A stretch of DNA of 64,000 nt from positions 310,001-374,000 of the forward strand of contig NZ_JAJQXW010000001.1 in NCBI RefSeq assembly GCF_021246445.1, read 5' to 3'. This DNA is from Rhabdothermincola salaria. GTDB lineage: Bacteria; Actinomycetota; Acidimicrobiia; Acidimicrobiales; Acidimicrobilacustridaceae. Under the pieces are notes generated by a model. That model worked only from the letters and a program-made list of their open reading frames with translations, ran no database searches and was not told the origin of the DNA. Position 1 is the first letter of the stretch. The number at the start of each line of letters is the position of its first letter. The translations under genes and the position numbers were made by a program. Shown here piece by piece: positions 17,901 through 28,095 of this stretch.

Positions 17901-18961
17901 TCCGACCTCGCGACGACGTCGCCCTCATGGAGGGGTACCACTCCCCGCAGCTCGACGTGCGCGTCCGGCTCAACACCAACGAGTCACCCGAACCCAGCCC
18001 CTCGGCCTGGGTCGACGAGGTGGCCGAGGCCGCCCGACGCGTCCAGTGGCACCGCTACCCCGACCGCGGCGCCGTCGAGCTGCGCCGGGCCATCGGGGCG
18101 TTGCACGGCGTCGGGCCGGAGCAGGTCTTCGTGGCCAACGGCTCCAACGAGGTCCTCCAGACGCTGCTGCTCACCTACGGTGGCCCCGGTCGCACGGCGG
18201 CCACGTGGGAGCCGACCTACGCCCTGCACGCCCACATCGCCCGCATCACCGGCACCGCGGTGGCCCAGGGCGAACGAGCCGCCGACTTCTCGATCGACAC
18301 CGACGAGGTCTTGCGCGTCGTCGAGGAGGCCAGGCCGTCGCTCGCGTTCCTGTGCTCGCCCAACAACCCCACGGGCATGGTCGACGACGCCGCCACCGTG
18401 GCCGCCACTCTCGAGCTCGTCGCCGGCGTCGACGGGTTGCTGGTGGTCGACGAGGCCTACGGTCAGTTCGCCCCGTGGTCGGCGCTGTCGCTCGTCGGCG
18501 ACGAGGTGCCGCTCGTGGTCACCCGCACCTTCTCCAAGACCTGGTCGATGGCTGCGGCCCGGCTGGGCTATCTGGTGGGGCCCGAGTGGGTGGTCGCCGA
18601 ACTCGACAAGGTCGTGCTGCCCTACCACCTCGACGCGCTCAAGCAGGCCGCCGGTGTGCTGGCGCTGCACCACGAGGCCGAGATGGACGCACGGGTCGCC
18701 CGGCTGGTCGAGGAGCGCGGCCGCCTGGTCGCGGCGCTCGGCGAGCTGCCGGTCGACGTGTGGCCCTCGGGTGCCAACTTCGTGCTGTTCCGGCCCCGCC
18801 ACCTGGGCGGCCGTGAGGTCTGGCAGCGCCTGGTCGACCGCTCCGTCCTGGTGCGCGACTGCTCGTCGTGGCCCCGCCTCGACGGCTGCCTGCGCGTCAC
18901 CATCGGCACCCCCGACGAAGACGACGCCTTCATCCGAGCCCTCCAGGAGATCCTCACATGA
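17897..18961 (+). CDS. hisC: Histidinol-phosphate aminotransferase
   Basis: LNTNE, RYPD, NGSNE, CSPNNPTG, DEAY, RTFSK. Confidence 0.95.
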   Translation: MIRPRDDVALMEGYHSPQLDVRVRLNTNESPEPSPSAWVDEVAEAARRVQWHRYPDRGAVELRRAIGALHGVGPEQVFVANGSNEVLQTLLLTYGGPGRTAATWEPTYALHAHIARITGTAVAQGERAADFSIDTDEVLRVVEEARPSLAFLCSPNNPTGMVDDAATVAATLELVAGVDGLLVVDEAYGQFAPWSALSLVGDEVPLVVTRTFSKTWSMAAARLGYLVGPEWVVAELDKVVLPYHLDALKQAAGVLALHHEAEMDARVARLVEERGRLVAALGELPVDVWPSGANFVLFRPRHLGGREVWQRLVDRSVLVRDCSSWPRLDGCLRVTIGTPDEDDAFIRALQEILT

Positions 18962-19572
18962 GCGCCGAACGCACCGACGACGGCCGACGGGCGGCCACCG
19001 TGGCCCGCACGACCTCCGAGACCGACATCGCCATCGAGCTCGACCTCGACGGCGGCACCCGGGTCGAGACCTCCACCGGCATCCCGTTCTTCGATCACAT
19101 GCTCAACCAGCTCGGCCGCCACGGGGGCTTCGACCTGGTGGTGCGCGCCACCGGCGACCTCGAGATCGATGCCCACCACACCGTGGAGGACGTCGGCATC
19201 GCACTCGGCGAGGTGTTCCGCGCCGCGTGGGGCGACAAGGCCGGTGTGCGCCGCTTCGCGTCGGTCCGCGTGCCCCTCGACGAGGCGCTCGTCGACGTGG
19301 CCCTCGACCTGTCGGGGCGGCCCTACCTGCACTACGAGGTCGAGTTCCCCGGCCAGCAGATCCTCGGCGACCCGCCCTTCGACCCCCAGCTGGTCGAGGA
19401 GTTCTGGCGGGCGTTCGTGGTGTCCTCGGCCATCACCTTGCACGTCACCTCGATCCGAGGGGTCAACACCCACCACCTGATCGAGGCCACCTTCAAGGGC
19501 GTGGCCCGGGCGTTGCGCGACGCCGTGCGGGTCGAGGGCAGCGGCGTGCCGTCCACCAAGGGCACCTTGTGA
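18958..19572 (+). CDS. hisB: Imidazoleglycerol-phosphate dehydratase
   Basis: FFDHML, IDAHHTVED, NTHHLIEA, PSTKG. Confidence 0.96.
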   Translation: MSAERTDDGRRAATVARTTSETDIAIELDLDGGTRVETSTGIPFFDHMLNQLGRHGGFDLVVRATGDLEIDAHHTVEDVGIALGEVFRAAWGDKAGVRRFASVRVPLDEALVDVALDLSGRPYLHYEVEFPGQQILGDPPFDPQLVEEFWRAFVVSSAITLHVTSIRGVNTHHLIEATFKGVARALRDAVRVEGSGVPSTKGTL

Positions 19573-20231
19573 ACGCAACGGGTGGGCGACCGCTCGTCGC
19601 CGTCCTCGACTACGGCATCGGCAACCTGCGCTCGGCCCAGAAGGCCCTCGAACGGGTCGGTGCCGACGCCCGCCTCACCGCCGATCCCGGGCTCGTGGCC
19701 GACGCCGACGCCGTCGTCCTACCCGGAGTCGGTGCCTTCGGCGCCTGCATGACCGCCCTGCACGCCACCGGCCTCGACGAGGTCGCCGTGCGCGCCGCCG
19801 GCAGCGGTCGTCCGTTCCTGGGCATCTGCGTGGGCATGCAGCTGCTGTACGAAGGTTCCGATGAGTCGCCCGCGGTACCCGGGCTCGGCGTGCTGCCCGG
19901 CACGCTGCGCCGCCTCCCCGACGGGGTCAAGCGTCCCCAGATGCAGTGGAACACCCTCGACGTGCGTGGCCCCTCCGCCATGTTCGCCCCCCTCACCGAC
20001 CCCATCTGGATGTACTTCGTGCACTCCTACGCCGCCCCCGCCGATGCGCCCGGGGTCGTCGCCACCTGCGACTACGGAGGGCCGGTCGCCGCGGCCGTCG
20101 AGCTCGACGACGTCTGGGCCACCCAGTTCCACCCCGAGAAGTCCGGCACCACCGGGCTCGAGCTGCTCGCCGGGTTCGTCCGCACCGCGGCGGCCGCCAC
20201 CGGTGCGACCACCGACACCGAGGTGCCCTGA
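19569..20231 (+). CDS. hisH: IGP synthase glutaminase subunit
   Basis: DYGIGNLRS, PGVGAF, GICVGMQ, YFVHSY, QFHPEKSG. Confidence 0.96.
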   Translation: MNATGGRPLVAVLDYGIGNLRSAQKALERVGADARLTADPGLVADADAVVLPGVGAFGACMTALHATGLDEVAVRAAGSGRPFLGICVGMQLLYEGSDESPAVPGLGVLPGTLRRLPDGVKRPQMQWNTLDVRGPSAMFAPLTDPIWMYFVHSYAAPADAPGVVATCDYGGPVAAAVELDDVWATQFHPEKSGTTGLELLAGFVRTAAAATGATTDTEVP

Positions 20232-20950
20232 TGGACCTGTATCCCGCCATCGACCTCCGTGGGGGCAAGTGCGTCCGGCTCTACCAGGGCGACTACGGAC
20301 GCGAGACCGTCTACGGCGACGATCCCGTGGCCCAGGCCCAGGCGTTCGCCGCGGCCGGGGCCCCCTGGATCCACGTCGTCGACCTCGACGGCGCCCGCAC
20401 TGGCGAGGGCGCCAACCGGGAGGCGATCGCCCGCATCGCCCAGCACGTCGACGTGCCCGTGCAGACCGGAGGGGGCATCCGCGACGAAGCCGCCGCCGAG
20501 GCCCTCTTCGAGGCGGGGGTGAGCCGCATCGTGATCGGCACCGCTGCGCTCGAGCAGCCGGAGCTGGTCCGCTCGCTCGCGGCGCGCTTCTCGGTGGCCG
20601 TCGGCCTCGACGCCCGGGGGCGAGAGGTGGCCGTGCGCGGTTGGGAAGAGGGCTCGGGGCGCGACCTGCTCGAGGTCGCCGGCGAGTTCGCCGACGCCGG
20701 CGTGGCCGCGCTGATCGTCACCGAGATCGGCCGCGACGGCACCCTGGCCGGCCCCGACCTCTCGGGGCTGGCCGAGGTGCTCGAGGCCAGCCCGCTGCCG
20801 GTGATCGCGTCGGGCGGCGTCGGCACCCTCGACGACCTGGTGGCCCTCGCCGGGTTGCAGGTGGGCGATCGACGCCTGCACGGAGCCATCGTGGGGCGAG
20901 CGATCTACGAGGGCGCCTTCAGCGTCACCGACGCCCTCGCCGTGCTCTGA
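20231..20950 (+). CDS. hisA: ProFAR isomerase
   Basis: PAIDLRGGKCVRL, HVVDLDGA, GGGIR, DGTLAGPD, SGGV, GRAIY. Confidence 0.95.
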   Translation: MDLYPAIDLRGGKCVRLYQGDYGRETVYGDDPVAQAQAFAAAGAPWIHVVDLDGARTGEGANREAIARIAQHVDVPVQTGGGIRDEAAAEALFEAGVSRIVIGTAALEQPELVRSLAARFSVAVGLDARGREVAVRGWEEGSGRDLLEVAGEFADAGVAALIVTEIGRDGTLAGPDLSGLAEVLEASPLPVIASGGVGTLDDLVALAGLQVGDRRLHGAIVGRAIYEGAFSVTDALAVL

Positions 20951-21006
20951 ACCCGGCCATGCGCCCGGGGGGAGTGGCACCGGCGGCGGCTGTTTACACT
21001 CCCCGG

Positions 21007-21675
21007 ATGGACGCCGACGCCTGGAACGCCCGCTACGACACCGCCGAACTGGTGTGGTCGGGTGAGCCGAACCAGTTCCTGCCCCCGGAGATCGCCGACC
21101 TCGAACCCGGCACCGCACTCGACCTGGCCTGCGGCGAGGGGCGCAACGCCATCTGGCTGGCCACCCAGGGCTGGACCGTCACCGGCGTCGACTTCTCCTC
21201 GGTCGGTGTGGCCAAGGCTCGACGCCTGGCCGGCGAGCGGGGGGTGGAGGTCGACTTCCAGATCGGCGATGCCACCGAGTTCGAGCCGCCCGAACAGGGC
21301 TACGACCTGGTCATCGTGTTCTACCTGCAGCTCCCCGCCGACGAGCGCCGGGCGGCGGTGGCCAACGCTGTGCGCTCCCTCGCCCCGGGGGGCCACTTCG
21401 TGTACGTCGCCCACGACCTGTTGAACCTCTCCGAGGGCTACGGAGGCCCCGACGACGCCGTCGTGTTGGCCACCGCCGAGGGCATCGTCGACGACATGGC
21501 CTCCGCCAGCCTCGAGTACGGCCTCGAGCTCGACGTCGAGCGCGCCGAACGGGTCGACCGGCCGGTGCCCACCCCCGACGGCGAGCGCATCGCCATCGAC
21601 ACCCTCGTGCGGGCCCGGCGGCTGGACACCATCAGCGTCGCCGACCTCGGTCCGATCGGCGAGGACGTGGGGTGA
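21007..21675 (+). CDS. Class I SAM-dependent methyltransferase
   Basis: [33 protein letters not shown] after TACACT. Confidence 0.88.
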   Translation: MDADAWNARYDTAELVWSGEPNQFLPPEIADLEPGTALDLACGEGRNAIWLATQGWTVTGVDFSSVGVAKARRLAGERGVEVDFQIGDATEFEPPEQGYDLVIVFYLQLPADERRAAVANAVRSLAPGGHFVYVAHDLLNLSEGYGGPDDAVVLATAEGIVDDMASASLEYGLELDVERAERVDRPVPTPDGERIAIDTLVRARRLDTISVADLGPIGEDVG

Positions 21676-22448
21676 GGACCGCCCGCGTCATCCCCTGCCT
21701 CGACGTCGACGCCGGGCGGGTCGTGAAGGGCGTGAACTTCGTCGGCCTGCGCGACGCCGGCGACCCGGTCGAGCTGGCCGCCCGCTACGACGCCGAAGGC
21801 GCCGACGAGCTGGTCTTCCTCGACATCACGGCGTCATCGGACCAGCGAGAGACCATCGTCGACGTGGTGCGCCGCACCGCCGAAGAGGTGTTCATCCCCT
21901 TCACCATCGGTGGTGGCATCCGCAGCGTGGACGACGCCCGACGCCTCCTGCGCGCCGGCGCCGACAAGGTCTCGGTCAACACCGCGGCCGTCGACCGCCC
22001 CGAGCTGGTCTCGGAGATCGCGGCCGAGTTCGGCAACCAGTGCGTGGTCGTCGCCATCGACGCCCGTCGTCGCCGCACCGACGACGGCCAGCCCGCCGAG
22101 AGCTGGGAGGTCTTCACCCACGGCGGGCGCACCCCCACCGGTATCGACGCCGTCGAGTGGGCCCGCCGGGCCGCCACGCTCGGCGCCGGCGAGATCCTGC
22201 TCACCTCCATGGACCGCGACGGCACCCGTGACGGCTTCGACACCGCGCTCACCAGCGCGGTGGCCGACGCCGTCGACGTGCCCGTCATCGCCTCCGGCGG
22301 TGTCGGTCGCCTCGACCACCTCGTCGAGGGCGTCACCGCCGGCCATGCCGACGCCGTGCTGGCGGCATCGATCTTCCACTTCGGCGAGCACACCGTCCAC
22401 GAGGCCAAGGCCCACATGCTCGCCGCCGGCGTCACCGTCCGGCCGTGA
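21672..22448 (+). CDS. hisF: IGP synthase cyclase subunit
   Basis: [39 protein letters not shown]. Confidence 0.97.
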   Translation: MRTARVIPCLDVDAGRVVKGVNFVGLRDAGDPVELAARYDAEGADELVFLDITASSDQRETIVDVVRRTAEEVFIPFTIGGGIRSVDDARRLLRAGADKVSVNTAAVDRPELVSEIAAEFGNQCVVVAIDARRRRTDDGQPAESWEVFTHGGRTPTGIDAVEWARRAATLGAGEILLTSMDRDGTRDGFDTALTSAVADAVDVPVIASGGVGRLDHLVEGVTAGHADAVLAASIFHFGEHTVHEAKAHMLAAGVTVRP

Positions 22449-23150
22449 TGCTTTGCTCAGCTCGGCAAGCCTCGCCGAGCCGGCTTCGCCGAAGCGCGTG
22501 GGCTGTCTGAGCCTCCTTGCTGCGCGGCGTCGGCTGTTGCAGGTCGTGACATCTTGCTCCGGTCGGCAAGCCTCCCTTCGCCGGCTTCGCCGAAACGCGA
22601 GAGCTTTCTGAGCCTTCGTCGCTGGCGCTCCTTCGGCTCTTGCGAGTCGGCTGAGAAGCTCAGTCCGGTGGGCGATGGGAGCGCCAGCGACCCGCCCACA
22701 CCGCGTCCCGACGAGCTTGCGAGGAGGGCGCCATGGACACGGTTCTGGTGCGGGACAGGACCCGCCGGGACCCCGAGGACCCGACAGGTGGGCGATGGGA
22801 GCGCCAGCGACCCGCCCACACCGCGTCCCGACGAGCTCGCGAGGAGGGCGCCATGACACTCAGCTCCGGTCGGGAAGCCTCCCTTCGCCGAAGCGCGTGG
22901 GCGTGTTGAGGCTCCTCCCTGCGGTCGTCGCCTGGCCCTCCCGGTGACAAGGGGTTCCGGTGGGTGGCCCGGACCACGGTTCTGACGCGCGCACAGGAGC
23001 GAGTGCGGCTCGGCGGCCGCGGCCTGCGACCGACGAAGGGTTCGTCAGCCGCCGCCCGAGCTCGACGAAGCCGCCGCTCTGAGCGACTGAGCACGTCAGG
23101 TTCTGGTCCGGGACAGGACCCGCCGGGACGCCGAGGAGGCGGGAACTCGC
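22445..23150. repeat. Intergenic REP/MIRU-like mosaic repeat (copy B)
   Basis: 69-bp direct repeats 22667-22735 and 22787-22855 (1 mismatch); GGTTCTGGT.CGGGACAGGACCCGCCGGGAC at about 22741 and 23099; three CGG(C/G)AAGCCTC modules shared with 8640-8972. Confidence 0.85.
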
Positions 23151-23152
23151 GA

Positions 23153-23809
23153 TCAGAGAGAAGCGATGAAGTCGATGACGAGGCGGGCGGCCTTGTCGGT
23201 GCGGCCGACGAGGAAGTGGTCGGCGCCGGGCACGACCTCGAGGGTGGTGTTCACCCAGTCGGCCGTGGCCTCGGCGGCCGAGGCGGGGGAGCGGAACTCG
23301 TCGTGCTCGGGGACGATGATCAGCTTGGGGCGCGGGTCGTGGCCCACCACGTCGTAGTCGGCTGCGGGTCGGAACCGCAGCGGCGGGGCGATCACCACCC
23401 ATCCGGCGAGGCGCTCGTCGGTGACCCCGAGTGACACATCGGCCCCGAACGACCAGCCGCACACCACCAACGGTCGCAGGGGGGTGGCCGCGGCGAGGGC
23501 GTCGATGGCGGCGACCACGTCGAGGGCCTCGGCCTCACCGTGGCCGTGCTCGCCTTCGCTGGCGCCCACGCCCCGGAAGTTGAAGCGCAACGCGGCCAGC
23601 CCGCTCCGGGGGAGGGCACGGAAGAGCTCGCCGGTGACCAGCGAAGTCATGGAACCGCCGTGGAGGGGGTGGGGGTGGGCCAGCACCACCGAGCCCGTCA
23701 CGGGCGGGTGGCCCTCGGCCGGTTCGCCAGGGAGGGCGAGCTCGGCTTCGAGGGACAGACCGTCGCTGGTCGTGCAGGTGAGGGAGCGGATCTCGGTGTC
23801 GTCGGCCAC
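23153..23809 (-). CDS. Alpha/beta hydrolase
   Basis: HPHPLHGGSM, RFNFRGVGASEG, GWSFG, GADHF. Confidence 0.88.
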   Translation of the reverse strand: MADDTEIRSLTCTTSDGLSLEAELALPGEPAEGHPPVTGSVVLAHPHPLHGGSMTSLVTGELFRALPRSGLAALRFNFRGVGASEGEHGHGEAEALDVVAAIDALAAATPLRPLVVCGWSFGADVSLGVTDERLAGWVVIAPPLRFRPAADYDVVGHDPRPKLIIVPEHDEFRSPASAAEATADWVNTTLEVVPGADHFLVGRTDKAARLVIDFIASL

Positions 23810-23834
23810 GGCTGCAGACGGTACCGTCGACGAG

Positions 23835-24203
23835 GTGACCCCTCCGAGCCACGACCTGGCCCCCGACGACGCACCGGTGCGGGCCGTCGACAAGTTGCCC
23901 ATCCAGATGATGAACGACCGGATCCTGGTCAAGATGGGCGGCAACGAGGGCGAGCGCCGTTCCACCGGCGGCATCCTCATCCCGGCCACCGCCCAGATGG
24001 GCAAGCGCCTGGTGTGGGCCGAGTGCGTGGCCGCCGGTCCCAACGTCCGGTCCATGCAACCGGGCGACCAGGTCCTGTTCAACCCCGAGGACCGCTACGA
24101 GGTCGAGGTCCGCGGCGACGACTACATCATCCTGCGGGAGCGGGACGTGCACGCGGTGGCGGCCAAGCGCCTCGAGGAGGGCAGCACCGGTCTCTACCTG
24201 TGA
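23835..24203 (+). CDS. Stand-alone GroES/Cpn10-family protein
   Basis: DRILVK..ERRSTGGILIP, AAGP, GDQVLF, YIILRERDV; no groEL adjacent; GTG after TACCGT. Confidence 0.85.
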   Translation: MTPPSHDLAPDDAPVRAVDKLPIQMMNDRILVKMGGNEGERRSTGGILIPATAQMGKRLVWAECVAAGPNVRSMQPGDQVLFNPEDRYEVEVRGDDYIILRERDVHAVAAKRLEEGSTGLYL

Positions 24204-24251
24204 GCGCAATGCGTTCGTGGGGGCTCCGGTGGCCCCGGTAGCGTGGCGGGC

Positions 24252-24635
24252 ATGCCCGCCTCCATCCCCATCGACGCCACCGAGGACCAGCTCGCGGCGG
24301 TGACGTACAACAGCGATGGGCTCGTGCCGGCCATCGTCCAGGAAGAGGGCACCGGGCAGGTGTTGATGATGGCCTGGATGAACGAGGAGTCGTTGCGCAA
24401 GACCCTCGAGACCGGCCGCACCTGGTTCTGGAGCCGGTCGCGCCAGGAGTACTGGTGCAAGGGCGAGACCTCCGGCGACCGCCAGTACGTGCGCTCGGCG
24501 GCCTACGACTGCGACGGCGACACGTTGCTGTTCGTGGTCGAGCAGGAGGGCAAGGGCGCCTGCCACACCGGCAACTACTCCTGCTTCTACCGGCCCTTCG
24601 GTCCCGAGGGCGACACCGGCCACGCCGGGCGCTGA
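24252..24635 (+). CDS. hisI: Phosphoribosyl-AMP cyclohydrolase
   Basis: [37 protein letters not shown]. Confidence 0.95.
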   Translation: MPASIPIDATEDQLAAVTYNSDGLVPAIVQEEGTGQVLMMAWMNEESLRKTLETGRTWFWSRSRQEYWCKGETSGDRQYVRSAAYDCDGDTLLFVVEQEGKGACHTGNYSCFYRPFGPEGDTGHAGR

Positions 24636-24639
24636 GCGC

Positions 24640-26160
24640 GTGATCCGGCCCTCGCGGGAGGACTTCCACGCCCTCGCGGCCGAGCACACGGTGGTGCCGG
24701 TGTGGCGCGAGCTGTTGGCCGACCTCATCACCCCGGTCGCCGCGTTCGCCCGCCTCTGCGGCGACGACGAACCAGGCTTCCTGCTCGAATCGGTCGAGGG
24801 TGGCGACCGGTGGGGACGCTGGTCGTTCGTGGGGCGCAATCCGCTGGCCACCATCGTCTCGGCCGGTGGCGAGCTGCGCGTCGAGGGCGACCTGCCCGCC
24901 GACCTGCCCACCACGGACGGCGTGCTGGCCGCGGTCGAGTGGCTCCTCGAGCGCTACCGCTCGCCCACCCTCGACGAGCTCCCGCCCCTGCACGGGGGCC
25001 TCATGGGATACCTCGGCTACGACGTGGTGCGCGAGGTCGAGCGGCTGCCCGACGTGCCCGAGGACGTCACCGGGTACCCCGACGCGGTGCTGTCGGTCAT
25101 CGGCCAGCTCGCCGCGTTCGATCACTTCCGCCAGCGGGTCACCCTCATCGAGAACGTCCTGGTGGCTCCGGGCACCTCTCCCGACGAGCTCGATCGCCTC
25201 TACGACGCCGCCCTGGGTCGGCTCGACCAGCTGGCTGCCGACGGCGCCCGCCCGCTCGACGAGCCCCTCCTCGAGCCCCCTCCGCTCGACGAGCCCCTCC
25301 CCGAGGTCGAGTCGTCGGTCTCGCCGGATATCTACGCCGGCGCGGTCGAGGCGGCCAAGGAGCACATCCTCGCCGGCGACATCTTCCAGGTGGTGCTGTC
25401 GCAGCGCTTCTCGTTCGACCTCGAGGCCGACCCGTTCGACTTCTACCGGGTGCTCCGCCAGGTGAACCCCAGCCCCTACATGTACTTCGTGCGCACGGCC
25501 GAGGTGTCCCTGGCCGGGTCGTCCCCGGAGCCCATGGTGAAGCTGGTCGACGGTCGGGTGATCTCGCGGCCCATCGCCGGCACCCGCCGTCGGGGCCGCA
25601 CCGAGGAGGAGGACCGGCGCCTCGGGGCCGAGCTGCGCGAGCACCCCAAGGAGGTCGCCGAGCACGTCATGCTCGTCGACCTGGCCCGCAACGACGTGGG
25701 TCGCGTGGTGCGCTTCGGTAGCGAGCAGGTCGACGAGATGATGGTGCTCGAGCGCTACAGCCACGTGATGCACCTCACCTCGCAGGTGTCGGGTGAGCTC
25801 GCCGACGGTCGCACCCCGATCGACGTGCTGCGGGCCACGCTTCCCGCCGGCACCGTGTCGGGTGCCCCCAAGGTGCGGGCCATGGAGATCATCGACGCCC
25901 TCGAGCCGATCAAGCGGGGTCCCTATGCGGGGGTGGTGGGCTACATCGACTTCTCCGGCACCATCGACACGGCTCTGGCCATCCGGACGCTGATGGTCGG
26001 CCCGGACGGTCGGGCCCACGTCCAGTCCGGGGCCGGCATCGTGGCCGACAGCGTGCCCGCCCACGAGGACCTCGAGTGCCACAACAAGGCCGGCGGCCTG
26101 CTGGCCGCCGTCCCCGGCGCCCGTCGTCTCACGGCCACCCGCCGAGCCGCCCGCCGCTGA
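24640..26160 (+). CDS. trpE: Anthranilate synthase component I
   Basis: LLESV, GDIFQVVLSQRF, NPSPYM, SSPE, AEHVMLVDLARND, GAPKVRAM. Confidence 0.95.
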   Translation: MIRPSREDFHALAAEHTVVPVWRELLADLITPVAAFARLCGDDEPGFLLESVEGGDRWGRWSFVGRNPLATIVSAGGELRVEGDLPADLPTTDGVLAAVEWLLERYRSPTLDELPPLHGGLMGYLGYDVVREVERLPDVPEDVTGYPDAVLSVIGQLAAFDHFRQRVTLIENVLVAPGTSPDELDRLYDAALGRLDQLAADGARPLDEPLLEPPPLDEPLPEVESSVSPDIYAGAVEAAKEHILAGDIFQVVLSQRFSFDLEADPFDFYRVLRQVNPSPYMYFVRTAEVSLAGSSPEPMVKLVDGRVISRPIAGTRRRGRTEEEDRRLGAELREHPKEVAEHVMLVDLARNDVGRVVRFGSEQVDEMMVLERYSHVMHLTSQVSGELADGRTPIDVLRATLPAGTVSGAPKVRAMEIIDALEPIKRGPYAGVVGYIDFSGTIDTALAIRTLMVGPDGRAHVQSGAGIVADSVPAHEDLECHNKAGGLLAAVPGARRLTATRRAARR

Positions 26161-26220
26161 GCGACACCGATCCGGTGCCGCACCCGTCGGGATCGGCGGC
26201 GGCGCTGGCACACTTCGACC

Positions 26221-27162
26221 ATGGACTCCGCCACCCTGACCGATGTGATCGACGGGTTCGAGGCGCTCTGCGGGACGGGAGGATCGGCTCCCGACACCCG
26301 GGAGCTGGTCACGATGACCGGCCCCGAGGCGGGGCGCTACCTCCAGGGCCAGCTCAGCCAGGACGTCGTCGTGCTGGCGGTGGGCGCCTCCGCCTGGTCG
26401 TTGCTGTTGCAGCCCACGGGCAAGGTCGACGCCTGGCTGCGGGTGCACCGCACCGGCGACGAGGAGTACGCCCTCGACGTGGACCTTGGTTGGGGCGAGG
26501 CGGTGATCGCACGTCTGCGCCGGTTCCTGTTGCGCACCAAGGCCGAGATCGGCGAGGTCGAGGTCCGAGAGGTGCTGTCGGTGCGCCACGAGGCCACGCT
26601 GGTGCAGATCGGGGCGGAGCCTCCCGGCGGGGCCGAGGGACGCCTGGCCGGTGTCGTCGCCGGCCCGTCGGTGGCCGGGGTCGACTGGATCCTCCCCGCC
26701 GGGGACGCAGCCGCGGAGGAGGCCACGGTGCCGGCCGCCGCGCTCGAGCGCTACCGCGTGGCCCACGCCGTGCCCCGCATGGGCGCCGAGCTCACGGACG
26801 CCACCATCCCCGGCGAGGCCGGGCAGTGGTTGGTGCAGGCCTCGGTCGACTTCGCCAAGGGCTGCTACACCGGACAGGAGCTGGTGGCCCGCATCGACAG
26901 CCGGGGCAACACGGTGCCGCGGCCGGTGCGCCTGCTGCGCATCGACCAGCCCGAGGCCATGCCCGTGCCCGGAGCGGCCATCCTCCACGACGGCGCCGAG
27001 GTGGGGCGTGTCACCAGTGCCGTGCCAGCCCTGGGCGAGGGTCACCCGGCGCTGGTGCTGGCCCCGGTCGGCCGCGCCGTCGCCGTCGGCACGCAGGTCA
27101 CGGTGGAGCTCGACGGCAGTGCCGTGCCGGCCACGCTGGTCGACCCGCCGATGCGGCCCTGA
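26221..27162 (+). CDS. YgfZ/GcvT-family folate-binding protein
   Basis: KGCYTGQE motif, YLQGQLSQD. Confidence 0.9.
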   Translation: MDSATLTDVIDGFEALCGTGGSAPDTRELVTMTGPEAGRYLQGQLSQDVVVLAVGASAWSLLLQPTGKVDAWLRVHRTGDEEYALDVDLGWGEAVIARLRRFLLRTKAEIGEVEVREVLSVRHEATLVQIGAEPPGGAEGRLAGVVAGPSVAGVDWILPAGDAAAEEATVPAAALERYRVAHAVPRMGAELTDATIPGEAGQWLVQASVDFAKGCYTGQELVARIDSRGNTVPRPVRLLRIDQPEAMPVPGAAILHDGAEVGRVTSAVPALGEGHPALVLAPVGRAVAVGTQVTVELDGSAVPATLVDPPMRP

Positions 27163-27181
27163 GCGCTCGTAGGCTCGACGG

Positions 27182-27730
27182 GTGGCCGACGAACTGACGC
27201 ACTACGACGTCCTCGATGTCGATGCCACCGCGTCGGCTTCCGAGATCCGTCGGTCCTACCTGGCGCTGGCCCGCGACCACCACCCCGACTTCCACACCGC
27301 CCTCGACGACCACGCCCGGGCGGCCAACGAGCGGGAGATGCAGCGCATCAACGAGGCCTGGTCGGTGCTCAGCGACGAGCAACGGCGTCGGGCCTACGAC
27401 GACGAGCTGCGGCGCCGGCACCGCCGCGAGCGCACGCCGGGCGCGCCCAGTCGCGACTTCGTGCCCTTCGACGAAGGCGACGACACCGACTACGCCGCCG
27501 CCCTCGACGACGAACCGGTCGGGGAGGGGGCCCGGGTCTCCCAGCGCCTGCAGGTGCTGCCCGTCATCGCCGCCGCCGTCGGCGTGATGGTGGTCTTCGT
27601 CGGCCTGGCGGTGCAGTCCGACCTGCTCGCCGCGTGGGGGGCCATCGTGGCCGTCCTCGGCGTGGGGGCGTTCATCGCCACCCCCGTGGTGGCGGTGATG
27701 CGCAGCTACCGCTCCGACCGCGACGCCTGA
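27182..27730 (+). CDS. J-domain protein with two C-terminal TM helices
   Basis: THYDVL, HHPD, INEAWSVLSD..RRRAYD; hydrophobic C-terminus. Confidence 0.88.
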   Translation: MADELTHYDVLDVDATASASEIRRSYLALARDHHPDFHTALDDHARAANEREMQRINEAWSVLSDEQRRRAYDDELRRRHRRERTPGAPSRDFVPFDEGDDTDYAAALDDEPVGEGARVSQRLQVLPVIAAAVGVMVVFVGLAVQSDLLAAWGAIVAVLGVGAFIATPVVAVMRSYRSDRDA

Positions 27731-27780
27731 CCGGGAAGGCGGTCCGCCGGGCCCGGCCCGGTTCTGTAGGGTGCCGGGCC

Positions 27781-28095
27781 ATGGCACAGACCTCGCTGTT
27801 CGTGAAGATGGTGGCCCTGCCCGACAAGCGCGACGAGATGCTCGCCGCCCTCGAGGGCATGTTGCCCCAGGTGGCCCAGGAAGAGGGCACGCTCGTGTAC
27901 TCGTTCCACCTCGACGCCGGCGACGAGAACACGATCTGGATCTTCGAGCTCTACTCCGACGGTGACGCCCTCGCCCTGCACGGGGGCAGCGATGCCATGA
28001 AGAGCTGCTTCGAGGCCCTCGGTCCGCTCTTCGCCGAGCCGCCGATGATGGTGATGGCCACGCCCACGGCCGAGGCCAAGGGCCTTCCCAGCTGA
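27781..28095 (+). CDS. ABM-family (antibiotic biosynthesis monooxygenase-like) protein
   Basis: EEGTLVY, IWIFELY, ALALHG pattern; 104 aa. Confidence 0.82.
   Translation: MAQTSLFVKMVALPDKRDEMLAALEGMLPQVAQEEGTLVYSFHLDAGDENTIWIFELYSDGDALALHGGSDAMKSCFEALGPLFAEPPMMVMATPTAEAKGLPS

Noticed and set aside
22667..22855. Direct repeats resembling a mini CRISPR array
   Set aside because: Only two 69-bp units, the 'spacer' itself recurs near 23099, and there are no cas genes in the window
24127..27045. Very long antisense ORFs (972 aa here; also 43722-46343, 13564-15426, 47411-49117, 58890-60509)
   Set aside because: Shadow ORFs of high-GC3 genes on the opposite strand, with no recognisable motifs
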